64,000 bases of DNA, from the NCBI GenBank assembly GCA_965242725.1, contig CBDESZ010000005.1:32001-96000 (forward strand). The letters are read 5' to 3'. Source of the DNA: Alkalispirochaeta sp. (GTDB lineage: Bacteria > Spirochaetota > Spirochaetia > DSM-27196 > Alkalispirochaetaceae). The notes under the pieces are model-generated. The model searched no databases. It had not been told where the DNA came from and saw only the letters and a list, made by a program, of their open reading frames with translations. The translations under genes were made by a program, and so were the position numbers. Below are positions 46,011-55,653 of this stretch, piece after piece (the first letter of the stretch is position 1; each line of letters begins with the position of its first letter).

Positions 46011-46409
46011 ATGGAATTTGGTTTTGCCACCCCGGCGCTGCTCTTCCCGGCAATTTCCCTCCTCTTCATTTCATACACCAACCGCTTTCTCTCCTACGCG
46101 GACCTCGTCCGTCGTCTTCACGACCGGTGGAAAGCCGACGGCAACTGCGCCGTCCAGCAGCAGATCAGAAACCTTCGTCTCAGGATCGGTCTCATCCGGA
46201 ACATGCAGGCGGCGGGTGCACTGGGCCTCCTCCTGTCCGTCGTATCAATGGTGCTCCTGTTTTTCGAAAGCGTCCTGGCGGCGGAGATCGTCTTCTTTGT
46301 CGCCCTCCTTCTGACACTTCTCTCCATGGGTTTTCTCGTCGTAGAAGTGAGCGTGTCCGTGCGGGCCCTCAATCTGCAGCTTCAGGATCTGGAGGGACGG
46401 GAGAGCTGA
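46011..46409 (+). CDS. DUF2721-like small membrane protein
   Basis: TPALLFPAISLL...YTNRF start; AGGAG SD before ATG 46011. Confidence 0.8.
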   Translation: MEFGFATPALLFPAISLLFISYTNRFLSYADLVRRLHDRWKADGNCAVQQQIRNLRLRIGLIRNMQAAGALGLLLSVVSMVLLFFESVLAAEIVFFVALLLTLLSMGFLVVEVSVSVRALNLQLQDLEGRES

Positions 46410-46452
46410 AATCCCGTCGGCCGACCGGTTCTCGACGGTGCGCTGTACGCGT

Positions 46453-46536
46453 TTAAACGGAAAAAACCGCGATACGTTGAACGATTGCGTCCACCGCTCC
46501 CTGCAGCTCCTGGCTGCGCATGTTGAGATCGGTCAT
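46453..46536 (-). pseudogene. Possible 3' remnant of a methyl-accepting chemotaxis protein gene
   Basis: MTDLNMRSQELQGAVDAIVQRIAVFSV* is a heptad coiled coil ending 'F-x-V-stop', like MCP C-termini. Confidence 0.4.
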
Positions 46537-46570
46537 GGGGCTTTTGTCCGCATCCGCGCCGGAATCGACT

Positions 46571-47323
46571 TCACCGAGCAAAGAGCTGATAGTACGCCTC
46601 CGGAATGAGCCCGGAAAACGCAACGAGGTCGGTTGCCCAATGGGCGATGAGCGCCGGCCAGATAGATCCTGTACGGACGAGGGCGACCATGGGCATGACG
46701 CCCCAGAGTGCAGCACTGATCACGGCGTGCACGCCGTTGCCCCAGTGAATCATTCCGAAAATGATACTGCCGGTAAAAACGACAAAGAGCGCCTTCTCCG
46801 CCGCCGGCCAACGGTTCGGTGTCACACGGCGGAGGACCCGGAACGCGAGGGATCGAAAGATCACTTCTTCCGATACGGCGACCAGGACGACTCCCACCGT
46901 CAGGTCGACGATATACAGCGGACCGCTTATTTGGGGAAAACTGAACAGTGCCGTAGCGGGCAGCCGGTAATAGAGAAACGGCCATACCGTCTGGTCGATG
47001 GCAATACCCACCATGGATGTCCCCACCGTCCACCACACGATTGATGGCGCCGGCGCTCTCCCGGATGGTTGTTCGGGGCGCGTTATAAAGAGAAATCTGA
47101 GTGTTGATCCCGGGGACGGCGCCGACACGCGTAGCCGGTTGTAAATGAAGAATATGATGATTATTCGGAGAACGATGTCGGCCAGGTAGAGCCACATTCC
47201 CGACTGCAGGGAGATCCACAGAAAATCGTTGAGGACGAAGACGCCGGTACCGATCCAGAAGAGACGAGTCGCGGCGGGAAAAAGATGGGCACTGTCGCCG
47301 TCGGGGTCCGGGATTGTCTCCAT
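46571..47323 (-). CDS. CPBP/CAAX (Abi) intramembrane glutamic metalloprotease
   Basis: EEVIFR, FG..H and AH...D motifs. Confidence 0.88.
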   Translation of the reverse strand: METIPDPDGDSAHLFPAATRLFWIGTGVFVLNDFLWISLQSGMWLYLADIVLRIIIIFFIYNRLRVSAPSPGSTLRFLFITRPEQPSGRAPAPSIVWWTVGTSMVGIAIDQTVWPFLYYRLPATALFSFPQISGPLYIVDLTVGVVLVAVSEEVIFRSLAFRVLRRVTPNRWPAAEKALFVVFTGSIIFGMIHWGNGVHAVISAALWGVMPMVALVRTGSIWPALIAHWATDLVAFSGLIPEAYYQLFAR

Positions 47324-47367
47324 TTCCTTGAAGTCTCGTACATGGGGTCCCGGCCTTCAACGCCCTT

Positions 47368-48108
47368 TCAGTTCGTTTTTAACTCCGGTGCGCCGTCCGG
47401 CTGCCAATCAACCAGTCCCCGGGCAAGCTCCTCCAGGGACTCGACGGAAAGGTCGGCGCCTGCTCTGCGTTCTTCAACCTTTTCAGGGGAGGTATCGCGG
47501 AGGAATTCAACGGTACATACCGACGGAATACCGGCTTCCGCGGCCCCGGCAAATTCATTGCTTCCGCCGTCACCGACGAAGAGCGCATCCCCCGGGGACG
47601 CGTCGAGCCGGTCGAGGCAGTGGTGAAAGATCGCCGGATCGGGTTTTGCCATGCCGACGTGACAGGAGAAAACCGTCACTGAAAAACGCTCCGCCAGGGG
47701 AGAAGCGTCCCATCCTGACGCTTCCAGAATATCGGCGTTGCTGATGAGGGCCAGCGTCTTTCCCCGGGAACGGAGCAGATCAAGCGCCGAAAGGACGGAC
47801 GGCCGTATCCGCCGGAGGGACGCGGCAAATCGCTCCTGACGGAGCCGGGCGATGCGCGGGTATTCCGACGCCGGTACCGGCGCCCGGCACCCTTCCGCAA
47901 TATTGCGAATGATTTCGACGGGGTCGCTGATCCGTCCCGTGAGCCGCAGTTCCGTATCGTCAAAGAGGGCGCGGAGATACGCCTCCCGGCTCACACCAAG
48001 AAGCTCGCTCGTGTCGGGGCCGGGGATTCCGGCGTGATGGATCGTCGAGAGGGTGTGAAAGAGGTCGAAAATCACACACCGGCGGGTGCGCAGTTCGGCA
48101 AGGTCCAT
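47368..48108 (-). CDS. HAD-family hydrolase
   Basis: FDLFHTL, ISN, KPDP.IF and VGDG motifs. Confidence 0.9.
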   Translation of the reverse strand: MDLAELRTRRCVIFDLFHTLSTIHHAGIPGPDTSELLGVSREAYLRALFDDTELRLTGRISDPVEIIRNIAEGCRAPVPASEYPRIARLRQERFAASLRRIRPSVLSALDLLRSRGKTLALISNADILEASGWDASPLAERFSVTVFSCHVGMAKPDPAIFHHCLDRLDASPGDALFVGDGGSNEFAGAAEAGIPSVCTVEFLRDTSPEKVEERRAGADLSVESLEELARGLVDWQPDGAPELKTN

Positions 48109-48211
48109 GGATGTACTATACCCGGTACGGTCCTGCTGTTCAGTATGTTCAAGGGGTGCTCCCGGTGATATACTGCCAACGGTACCCTTTTGGACGAAGG
48201 CGGGGTGTGCG

Positions 48212-49351
48212 TTGTCAATACTCGGACCAGAGCTGGCGCAAAAATTTATTGAGAAGACAGTAAAGAATCTGCCCTACAACATTAACATCATGAACGACAA
48301 GGGAATCATCATTGCCAGCAAGGATGAAACCCGGGTCGGCGATTTTCACGAAGTAGCCCACGGTCTCCTTTCCGGAAAGATGGAAAGCGGTGTTGTGACT
48401 GAAAAAGATCACTACATCGGCACCAAACCGGGCATCAACATGTTCATCGACTACAAAGACAAGCATGTCGGGGTCATCTGTGTAACCGGCGATCCCGAGT
48501 CGGTCAGGTCCTTTGCGGGTCTCGTGAAAACGTCGATGGAGGCGATGCTTGAATACGAGCTGCAGATGATCAATGAGCGTCGGCAGCGCGGGAAGACGGA
48601 GAAGTTCCTCCACTATGTCCTCTTTGATGACGAGTTTGATCTCTCCGAGGCGGGGACACTGGCCGATGAGCTGCGTATCAACCGAAATGAGTTGAAAGCA
48701 TTCATCATCGCCCGCTTTCCCGCCAAACTGGACAACCGTTCAATCCTCAAGGCGTTGTCGACGGCGGATGACACGGTCCATCAGGACGTCGCCATCCCCG
48801 GCGTCAACGATGATTTCATCATCATGAAATCATTTTCGACCGACGACGAGGAAGGAGTCCGGGAATACAAGGAACGGGTTTTGCAGTATGTTGCAAATGT
48901 CGAGGCGTTACTTCCCGCGACGGTAAAGAAGCAGGAGATCACCTACTACGTGGGCAGCCTGCAGCGCCATATGACGAAGTACCGGGCGTCCTATGAACAT
49001 GCGCTACAGCTGAGCCTCCAGGTCAGGGACCGCGGGGGCGTACACTTTTTCAACGATCACATACAGCAGTATTTTCGACACTATGTGACAATGAAGATCT
49101 ATGATGAGATCTTCGGGGTCTTCAGTTCTCTTTTCAACGGTGAAGACCGGGAAGTTGTGGCCGATACAATCCGCAAGCTTGCCCGGAACAACTACAATGT
49201 CGTCAAAGCTAGCAAAGACCTGTTTGTTCATCGAAACACGGTCATGTTCAGGTTGAATAAAATAAAGGACGCCCTCAATATTGATCCGATTTCAAACGCG
49301 GCTGACCGTGAGTTCCTCAATGAGCTGGCACACTACCTCAGCAAGTTCTGA
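48212..49351 (+). CDS. cdaR: CdaR/SdaR sugar-diacid regulator
   Basis: NINIM...G.IIAS....RVG.FHE sugar-diacid recognition domain; C-terminal LFVHRNT..FRL HTH. Confidence 0.88.
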   Translation: MSILGPELAQKFIEKTVKNLPYNINIMNDKGIIIASKDETRVGDFHEVAHGLLSGKMESGVVTEKDHYIGTKPGINMFIDYKDKHVGVICVTGDPESVRSFAGLVKTSMEAMLEYELQMINERRQRGKTEKFLHYVLFDDEFDLSEAGTLADELRINRNELKAFIIARFPAKLDNRSILKALSTADDTVHQDVAIPGVNDDFIIMKSFSTDDEEGVREYKERVLQYVANVEALLPATVKKQEITYYVGSLQRHMTKYRASYEHALQLSLQVRDRGGVHFFNDHIQQYFRHYVTMKIYDEIFGVFSSLFNGEDREVVADTIRKLARNNYNVVKASKDLFVHRNTVMFRLNKIKDALNIDPISNAADREFLNELAHYLSKF

Positions 49352-49359
49352 TGCCGTCC

Positions 49360-49376
49360 TTGTGCACTCTGCACAA
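49360..49376. promoter_or_regulatory. Probable CdaR operator TTGTGCA-CTC-TGCACAA
   Basis: Perfect 7-bp inverted repeat upstream of the glucarate operon, resembling SdaR/CdaR sites as I recall them. Confidence 0.75.
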
Positions 49377-49448
49377 TAATGAATCGATAAATTGATACTC
49401 TATTAACATGGCTCGAAGCTGAAAACGATCCCTACAATGATCCATCGC

Positions 49449-50759
49449 ATGAAAACGAAACTTGATGTGACGGATCAACTCCGTACCGACGCGACCACAA
49501 TTTATGAACGGGCGATCAAGTCGGTCCTGCCTCATGACGCGGTGAAATCGGTGCTGGAAGAGCTGTCCATTACAGAACCTGTGACACTTGTCTCTATCGG
49601 CAAGGCGGCGTGGACGATGGCCGCCGCCGCCGCCGAGATCCTCGGCGATTCCCTGGTACGGGGAGCGGTGCTTACAAAATACGGTCACTCCCGGGGGCCG
49701 ATCGACGGATTCGAAATATTTGAAGCGGGACATCCCATCCCCGACGAAAATTCCCTGAAGGGTACGGAGTGTATTCTCCGGATGGTGACGCCGCTCACCC
49801 CGAATGACCGCGTCCTGTTGCTCCTTTCCGGGGGCGGTTCCTCCCTCTTTGAGAAGCCCGCACCGGGGGTCGGTCTGGATGACATCGCCGATGTGACGGA
49901 TCAACTGCTCGCGAGCGGAGCCGACATCGTCGAGATCAACACGATCAGAAAGCGCCTTTCCACGGTCAAAGGCGGAAAGTTTGCGCATCTTTGCGGTGGT
50001 GGGCAGACCCCGATTACGGCAATCGTCCTCTCCGACGTTCTCGGCAACAGAATTGACGCAATCGCTTCGGGGCCGGTCTCGCCGGACACGTCAACCGTTG
50101 CCGATGCCGCGGCGATCGTTGAAAAGTACGGCCTCCATGTGAGTGATGCCGTTTCACGGGCACTTGAATCGGAGACGCCCAAGGAGATTCACAACTGCAC
50201 GGCCGTGGTCGCCGGGAGTGTTGAAGCGCTTTGTGAAGCCGCAGCAAATGAGGCTGCGTCATGCGGGTATGAGCCTGCGGTGCTTACCTCATCGCTCCAA
50301 TGTGAGGCGAGAGAGGCGGGAAGTTTCATCGCATCCATTGCACATGAGGTGTGCAGGGACGGCACCGGCAGGTACGGGCGGCGTACACCCTGCGCGCTGA
50401 TTTTTGGCGGGGAAACGATCGTTCGGGTGACGGGAAAGGGAAAAGGCGGAAGAAATCAGGAAATTGCCCTTTCCGCCGCGTTGGGGATCAACGGGCTGGA
50501 AAATGCAGTGATCGTTTCCGTCGGTTCCGACGGCACCGACGGTCCCACCGATGCCGCCGGCGGTATTGTAGACGGTTGCACAGTGGAACGCATCGCGGCG
50601 ACGGGCATCGAACCCGAGGTATATCTGGACAACAACGATTCGTATCACGCCCTGGTGGCCGCGGGAGATCTTATTGTGACCGGACCGACGGGAACCAATG
50701 TGAACGATCTGACATTTCTTCTGTGCCGATCGACGGCAGAGGAGAAGAAGGAAGGATGA
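49449..50759 (+). CDS. Glycerate 2-kinase, MOFRL/GckA/TtuD type
   Basis: IGKAA, AGHP.PD, LSGGGSSL, GGET, GGRNQE, DGTDG and TGTNVND motifs. Confidence 0.92.
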   Translation: MKTKLDVTDQLRTDATTIYERAIKSVLPHDAVKSVLEELSITEPVTLVSIGKAAWTMAAAAAEILGDSLVRGAVLTKYGHSRGPIDGFEIFEAGHPIPDENSLKGTECILRMVTPLTPNDRVLLLLSGGGSSLFEKPAPGVGLDDIADVTDQLLASGADIVEINTIRKRLSTVKGGKFAHLCGGGQTPITAIVLSDVLGNRIDAIASGPVSPDTSTVADAAAIVEKYGLHVSDAVSRALESETPKEIHNCTAVVAGSVEALCEAAANEAASCGYEPAVLTSSLQCEAREAGSFIASIAHEVCRDGTGRYGRRTPCALIFGGETIVRVTGKGKGGRNQEIALSAALGINGLENAVIVSVGSDGTDGPTDAAGGIVDGCTVERIAATGIEPEVYLDNNDSYHALVAAGDLIVTGPTGTNVNDLTFLLCRSTAEEKKEG

Positions 50760-51658
50760 ATATGTCGCATCAACTGGTAGGCGTTGTGCCGCCGATCATT
50801 ACACCGGTGGACAGCCACGAGGATGTGGATGAGGCGGGGCTGCGCCGGGTGATCGATTACGTCGTCAAGGGCGGCGTGCACGGTATCTTTGTAAACGGCA
50901 GCAACGGAGAGTTCTACGGCCTCGATTACGAGAATCAGAGACGGGCTACGGAAATTGCAGTCGAACACGTGAACGGATCGATCCCCGTCTACGCGGGCGC
51001 CAGCGCCATCACGACGAGGGAGTCTATTCGTCTGGCAAAGATGGCCGAGGCAGTGGGGGCGTCGGCACTGACGGTACTGACACCCATGTTTGTGCAGCCA
51101 AGCGACGACGAGCTCTTTGATCACTTTGTCGCGATCGCCGATGCGACGAGTCTCCCTGTGTTGCTCTATAACAACCCCGCGCGTACCACCAATTCGATCT
51201 CCGTCTCCCTCCTGGAACGACTGTTGAAGGTCGACCGGATTGCGGGCGTGAAGAACACGTCAATGGACTTCAGTTTGACCATGAAATATATACGGGCTGC
51301 GGAGCGTCGTACCGACTTCGGCGTCTTTGGCGGGATCGATTACTACATCTACGCCACCATGGTTCATGGGGGAGTCGGTTGTGTTGCCGGAACGGCCAAT
51401 GTCGCCCCCGCCCTGGTGGTCAGCATCTACGACAATTTCAAGGCGGGAAATCACGCCGCCGCGCTGGCGGACCAGCAAAAACTGATGGCCCTTCGGGACG
51501 CCTACGCCTGGGGCAGCTTTCCGGTAATGATGAAGGTGTGTCTGAACCTTCTTGGGGTCGATGTGGGAGACCCGATCCGTCCGATTCAGCGTGTGAGTCC
51601 GGAAGTGGAAGAGAAAGCGAAGGAAATGCTCAGGAAGATAGGGCTTCTCCAGGACTGA
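50756..51658 (+). CDS. DapA/DHDPS-family aldolase, probable 5-keto-4-deoxyglucarate aldolase
   Basis: GSNGE, LYNNP and GVKNTS (Schiff-base Lys) motifs; lies between the kinase and garR. Confidence 0.8.
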   Translation: MNMSHQLVGVVPPIITPVDSHEDVDEAGLRRVIDYVVKGGVHGIFVNGSNGEFYGLDYENQRRATEIAVEHVNGSIPVYAGASAITTRESIRLAKMAEAVGASALTVLTPMFVQPSDDELFDHFVAIADATSLPVLLYNNPARTTNSISVSLLERLLKVDRIAGVKNTSMDFSLTMKYIRAAERRTDFGVFGGIDYYIYATMVHGGVGCVAGTANVAPALVVSIYDNFKAGNHAAALADQQKLMALRDAYAWGSFPVMMKVCLNLLGVDVGDPIRPIQRVSPEVEEKAKEMLRKIGLLQD

Positions 51659-51711
51659 AATATGAATGCGACCGTTGAAATTCAAATAGAACCGACAGGA
51701 AGGAGATAACA

Positions 51712-52599
51712 GTGAAGATTGGATTTATCGGGCTTGGAATTATGGGCAAGCCCATGTCGAAGAACCTCATCAAGGCCGGGCATGAGCTGGTCGTTCTCGA
51801 TCTCAACAGGGACGCCGTCAGGGAGCTGACGGACATGGGCGCGGAGACGGCGGAGACACCGAAAGAGGTCACCTCCCGGGTCGATGTGGTGATCACCATG
51901 CTGCCGAACTCGCCGCAGGTAAAAACGGTCGCCCTCGGAGATAACGGCATTATTGAAGCCGCCTCGAAGGGGAAAGTCCTTATCGATATGAGCTCCATCG
52001 CGCCCCTGGCAAGTCAGGAAGTTTCAAAGGCGCTGGCGGAGAAGGGAATGGAGATGCTCGACGCTCCGGTCAGCGGCGGAGAGCCCAAGGCGATCGACGG
52101 CACCCTGGCGGTGATGGTCGGCGGCAGGAAGGACGTCTTTGACGCCAACTACGCAATCATGGATGCCATGGCGGGATCGGTGGTGTATGTCGGTGAGATT
52201 GGTGCCGGAAATACCGCAAAACTGTGTAATCAGGTCGTGGTGGCGCTGAATATCGCCGCCGTTTCGGAAGCGATGATACTCGCCAAAAAAGCGGGCTTCA
52301 GCCCCGATCTCGTCTATCAGGCGATTCGCGGCGGCCTTGCCGGGAGCACCGTCATGGATGCCAAGGCTCCAATGATGATGGATCGCAACTTCAAACCCGG
52401 TTTCCGGATCGACCTTCACATCAAGGATATGGCCAACGTTCTGGACACGTCACGAAACGTCGGCGCGCCCCTGCCGTTGTCGGCACAGGTCATGGAGATC
52501 ATGCAGGCAATCAAACAGGACGGATGCGGCGTGGAAGACCACGCAAGCATCGTCAAATTCTACGAGAAGATCGCCAACGCCGAGGTTACCAGGCAATAG
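51712..52599 (+). CDS. garR: 2-hydroxy-3-oxopropionate (tartronate semialdehyde) reductase
   Basis: GFIGLGIMGKPMSKNL, DAPVSGGEPKAIDGTL and FKPGFRIDLHIKD motifs. Confidence 0.95.
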   Translation: MKIGFIGLGIMGKPMSKNLIKAGHELVVLDLNRDAVRELTDMGAETAETPKEVTSRVDVVITMLPNSPQVKTVALGDNGIIEAASKGKVLIDMSSIAPLASQEVSKALAEKGMEMLDAPVSGGEPKAIDGTLAVMVGGRKDVFDANYAIMDAMAGSVVYVGEIGAGNTAKLCNQVVVALNIAAVSEAMILAKKAGFSPDLVYQAIRGGLAGSTVMDAKAPMMMDRNFKPGFRIDLHIKDMANVLDTSRNVGAPLPLSAQVMEIMQAIKQDGCGVEDHASIVKFYEKIANAEVTRQ

Positions 52600-52614
52600 C
52601 CCTGGCGGGAGTAC

Positions 52615-53952
52615 ATGGTAATGGGAACGACACCCACGATTCGGGACATGCAGGTAATACCTGTTGCGGGTCACGACAGCATGCTGCTCAACCTGAGCGG
52701 CGCCCACGGGCCCTATTTCACGCGGAATATCGTCATCCTCACCGATGACCGGGGAAGAACCGGCATCGGCGAGGTGCCGGGAGGCGAAAAAATTCGCGCT
52801 ACCCTCGTGGACGCTGTTCCGCTGGTGGTGGGGGCGTCGCTTGGTGCGTATAAAAACGTACTTCGGACGGTACAGACCACTTTTGCGGAACGGGACGCCG
52901 GTGGACGGGGTCTGCAGACCTTCGATCTGCGTACAACCATCCATGCCGTGACCGCGATCGAGTCATGCTTCCTTGACCTTCTTGGACAGCACCTCGAGGT
53001 GCCGGTGGCGGCTCTGCTTGGTGAAGGGATGCAGCGGAGCGAGGTTGATGTACTGGGTTACCTCTTTTTTGTTGCCGATCCGGACAAGACCGATCTCCCC
53101 TATGTGAGGGAGAAGGAGTCCAAAACATCCTGGTACCGGGTCAGGCGGGAAGAGGCGCTCACGCCGGACGGTGTGGTTCGTCTCGCCGAGGCGGCTCAGG
53201 AACTGTACGGCTTTCAGGACTTCAAACTGAAAGGGGGCGTCCTTGCCGGCAAGGACGAGATCACGGCGATCCGGGCGTTGAAGGAGCGCTTCCCTGAGGC
53301 ACGCATTACCGTTGACCCCAACGGGGGGTGGTCGCTCGCTGAGGCCATAGAGCTGTGCTCGGACCTCCACGGTGTTCTCGCCTATTGCGAAGATCCCTGC
53401 GGCGCGGAACAGGGCTTCTCGGGACGGGAGATTCTGTCGGAGTTCCGCAAAGCGACGGGCCTGCCGACGGCGACCAATATGGTGGCCACGGACTGGCGTC
53501 AAATGCAGCACTCCATCGCGTTGCAAAGCGTGGATATTCCCCTGGCGGATCCCCATTTCTGGACGATGGCGGGCTCGGTCAGGGTGGGGCAGATGTGCGA
53601 CACCTTCGGTCTCACCTGGGGGTCCCACTCGAATAACCATTTTGACGTCTCTCTGGCAATGTTCACTCACGTAGCGGCGGCGGTTCCCGGCAAGGTGACG
53701 GCAATCGATACGCACTGGATATGGCAGGAGGGGTATGACCGCCTTACACGTCAACCATTGAAAATTGAGAACGGGCGAATACGCGTACCGGAACGACCAG
53801 GCCTCGGCGTAGAGCTTGATATGGACCAGGTGCGGAAGGCCAACGAGTTGTATACCTCGGGGAAGCTTGGAGCCCGGGATGACGCAGTGGGGATGCAGTA
53901 TCTGATACCTGGATGGACCTTTGATAACAAGCGTCCCTGTTTGGTGAGATGA
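52615..53952 (+). CDS. gudD: Glucarate dehydratase
   Basis: [43 protein letters not shown] and DTHWIWQ motifs. Confidence 0.95.
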   Translation: MVMGTTPTIRDMQVIPVAGHDSMLLNLSGAHGPYFTRNIVILTDDRGRTGIGEVPGGEKIRATLVDAVPLVVGASLGAYKNVLRTVQTTFAERDAGGRGLQTFDLRTTIHAVTAIESCFLDLLGQHLEVPVAALLGEGMQRSEVDVLGYLFFVADPDKTDLPYVREKESKTSWYRVRREEALTPDGVVRLAEAAQELYGFQDFKLKGGVLAGKDEITAIRALKERFPEARITVDPNGGWSLAEAIELCSDLHGVLAYCEDPCGAEQGFSGREILSEFRKATGLPTATNMVATDWRQMQHSIALQSVDIPLADPHFWTMAGSVRVGQMCDTFGLTWGSHSNNHFDVSLAMFTHVAAAVPGKVTAIDTHWIWQEGYDRLTRQPLKIENGRIRVPERPGLGVELDMDQVRKANELYTSGKLGARDDAVGMQYLIPGWTFDNKRPCLVR

Positions 53953-54001
53953 AGCAAAAAACCGCTACGTAGTGGCGGAAAAAAAACTTAGGAGGATTGA
54001 G

Positions 54002-54988
54002 ATGAAGAAATTGGTATTATTTCTTTCGATTCTTGTTATTGCCCTGTCGTTTGTAAGTGCAGGAGGACAGCAGGAAGCGGCGACAGCCGGGGATGACGGC
54101 GAACTGAACTGGCCCAACCAGCCGATTAATTTGATCGTACCCTATGCCGCCGGCGGAAACTCCGACTTCAACGCGCGTGCCGTTGCAAAGTATCTTCCCG
54201 AGATTCTCGGTCGTCCCGTTGTCGTTACCAACGTACCCGGCAGTGGTGGAACCATCGGTGCCGCCCAGGTCAAGGATGCGGACCCGGATGGCTATACCAT
54301 TCTCGTCCATCAGCTTTCCCTGAGCATTGCGGAAGCGGCCGGAATGGCGGACTATGGTATCGAGGATTTTGCGATCGGATCGGTATTTTCCAAGGCATCT
54401 CCGGAAGTCCTCGTCGCGAGTGCGGACGCACCCTTTGACAACACTGAAGAGCTCATTGCGTATTCACAGCAGCATCCGGATGAAATCAAACTCACCGCGA
54501 ATACCGGAGCCTCCACGATGTGGCTTGCCATCGGACTTGAAAATGCCGGCGCGGAGCTGAATATCGTTTCTTCCGGCGGATCGGGCGAACGCCTTCAACT
54601 CGTGCTGGGCGGACATGCGGATATCGTCCCCCTCAACTACAGCCAGATCAAGGGATATGTTGAAGAAGGCACACTGAAAATTATCGCAAGTGCCAGTGAT
54701 GAGCGATCGGACCTCATTCCCGATGTGAAGACGCTCCGGGAATCGGGTGTTGAGGCCGGATATGACTACATGAACACGATGATTTTCCCCAAGGACACTG
54801 ATCCGCGAATCGTGGAAAAGTTTTCCAATGCCGTTGGCGAAGTTGTAAACAATAATGAAGAATACCGGGCGGAGATGGCAAAGGCATTCCAACCCCCGAC
54901 GTGGATGAGTGTAGAAGACTCCCGGGAACACTGGTACGCCCAGCGTGAGGAGTTGATGGCTATCAGCGACGTGCTGCAGGGTAATTAA
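54002..54988 (+). CDS. tctC: Tripartite tricarboxylate transporter solute-binding protein
   Basis: WP.QPI.LIVPYAAGG..D, N.PG.GG.IG and ADPDGYT motifs. Confidence 0.92.
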   Translation: MKKLVLFLSILVIALSFVSAGGQQEAATAGDDGELNWPNQPINLIVPYAAGGNSDFNARAVAKYLPEILGRPVVVTNVPGSGGTIGAAQVKDADPDGYTILVHQLSLSIAEAAGMADYGIEDFAIGSVFSKASPEVLVASADAPFDNTEELIAYSQQHPDEIKLTANTGASTMWLAIGLENAGAELNIVSSGGSGERLQLVLGGHADIVPLNYSQIKGYVEEGTLKIIASASDERSDLIPDVKTLRESGVEAGYDYMNTMIFPKDTDPRIVEKFSNAVGEVVNNNEEYRAEMAKAFQPPTWMSVEDSREHWYAQREELMAISDVLQGN

Positions 54989-55013
54989 GCGATTATCCCA
55001 GGTGCGTATTACT

Positions 55014-55033
55014 GGCCTGAACGCGTTCAGGCC
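55014..55033 (+). terminator. Perfect 20-bp palindrome after tctC (partial terminator or mRNA-stabilising hairpin)
   Basis: GGCCTGAACGCGTTCAGGCC followed by a T-rich tract. Confidence 0.6.
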
Positions 55034-55067
55034 GGTATTTATTTTGTGTAATAGGAGAATTACCGGT

Positions 55068-55640
55068 ATGACGAGCGATGTTAAAAAAGAACTGGGGGTA
55101 GGGATTTTCTTCCTGGTTCTGTCAATCGCCTATATGATCGGGACAACCACCATATCGACGTTCACTCCATTCGGAAACAGAGGACTCGATTCGCGATCTG
55201 TTCCATTGCTTATAGGAATTCTCACATGCGCCCTGGCCACCCTGCATATCGTCCTGCTCCTGGTAAAGGAACGCAGACTCCATGCTCGCGCGGCCGGTGA
55301 AAACAAAGGCGCCGAGGATGAGGTATGTGATCCCGACCAGGTTGCGTGTGTTGACGCGCCGAAAGGATCCTTCATCGGTCGTATCGACAATGTTGTACCG
55401 GTGAAACTCGTTCTTTCAATGGTTTTTCTGGTCGTGTACGTCGCGGCGTTTCGGCGGGCCGGATTTATACTTTCAAGTACCTTCTTTTTAATGGCCGAGT
55501 CCTTCCTTCTTGTCCAGGATGAAGAAAGAAAGAAGTGGCGACTCTTCATTATCCTGTTTTCAATCGGTGCCTCGGTTATCGTTTATTTCATATTCACGAA
55601 TTATCTATCATTGTTCCTCCCCAGAGGGATTTTAGGTTAG
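55068..55640 (+). CDS. tctB: Tripartite tricarboxylate transporter small subunit
   Basis: 4-5 TM helices; C-terminal F...L...LP.G. Confidence 0.88.
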   Translation: MTSDVKKELGVGIFFLVLSIAYMIGTTTISTFTPFGNRGLDSRSVPLLIGILTCALATLHIVLLLVKERRLHARAAGENKGAEDEVCDPDQVACVDAPKGSFIGRIDNVVPVKLVLSMVFLVVYVAAFRRAGFILSSTFFLMAESFLLVQDEERKKWRLFIILFSIGASVIVYFIFTNYLSLFLPRGILG

Positions 55641-55653
55641 GCAGAGTAATCCT

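Noticed and set aside
46571..47323. Abortive-infection or bacteriocin-immunity system
   Set aside because: A CPBP/Abi protease alone is not evidence; no bacteriocin or defence genes are adjacent.
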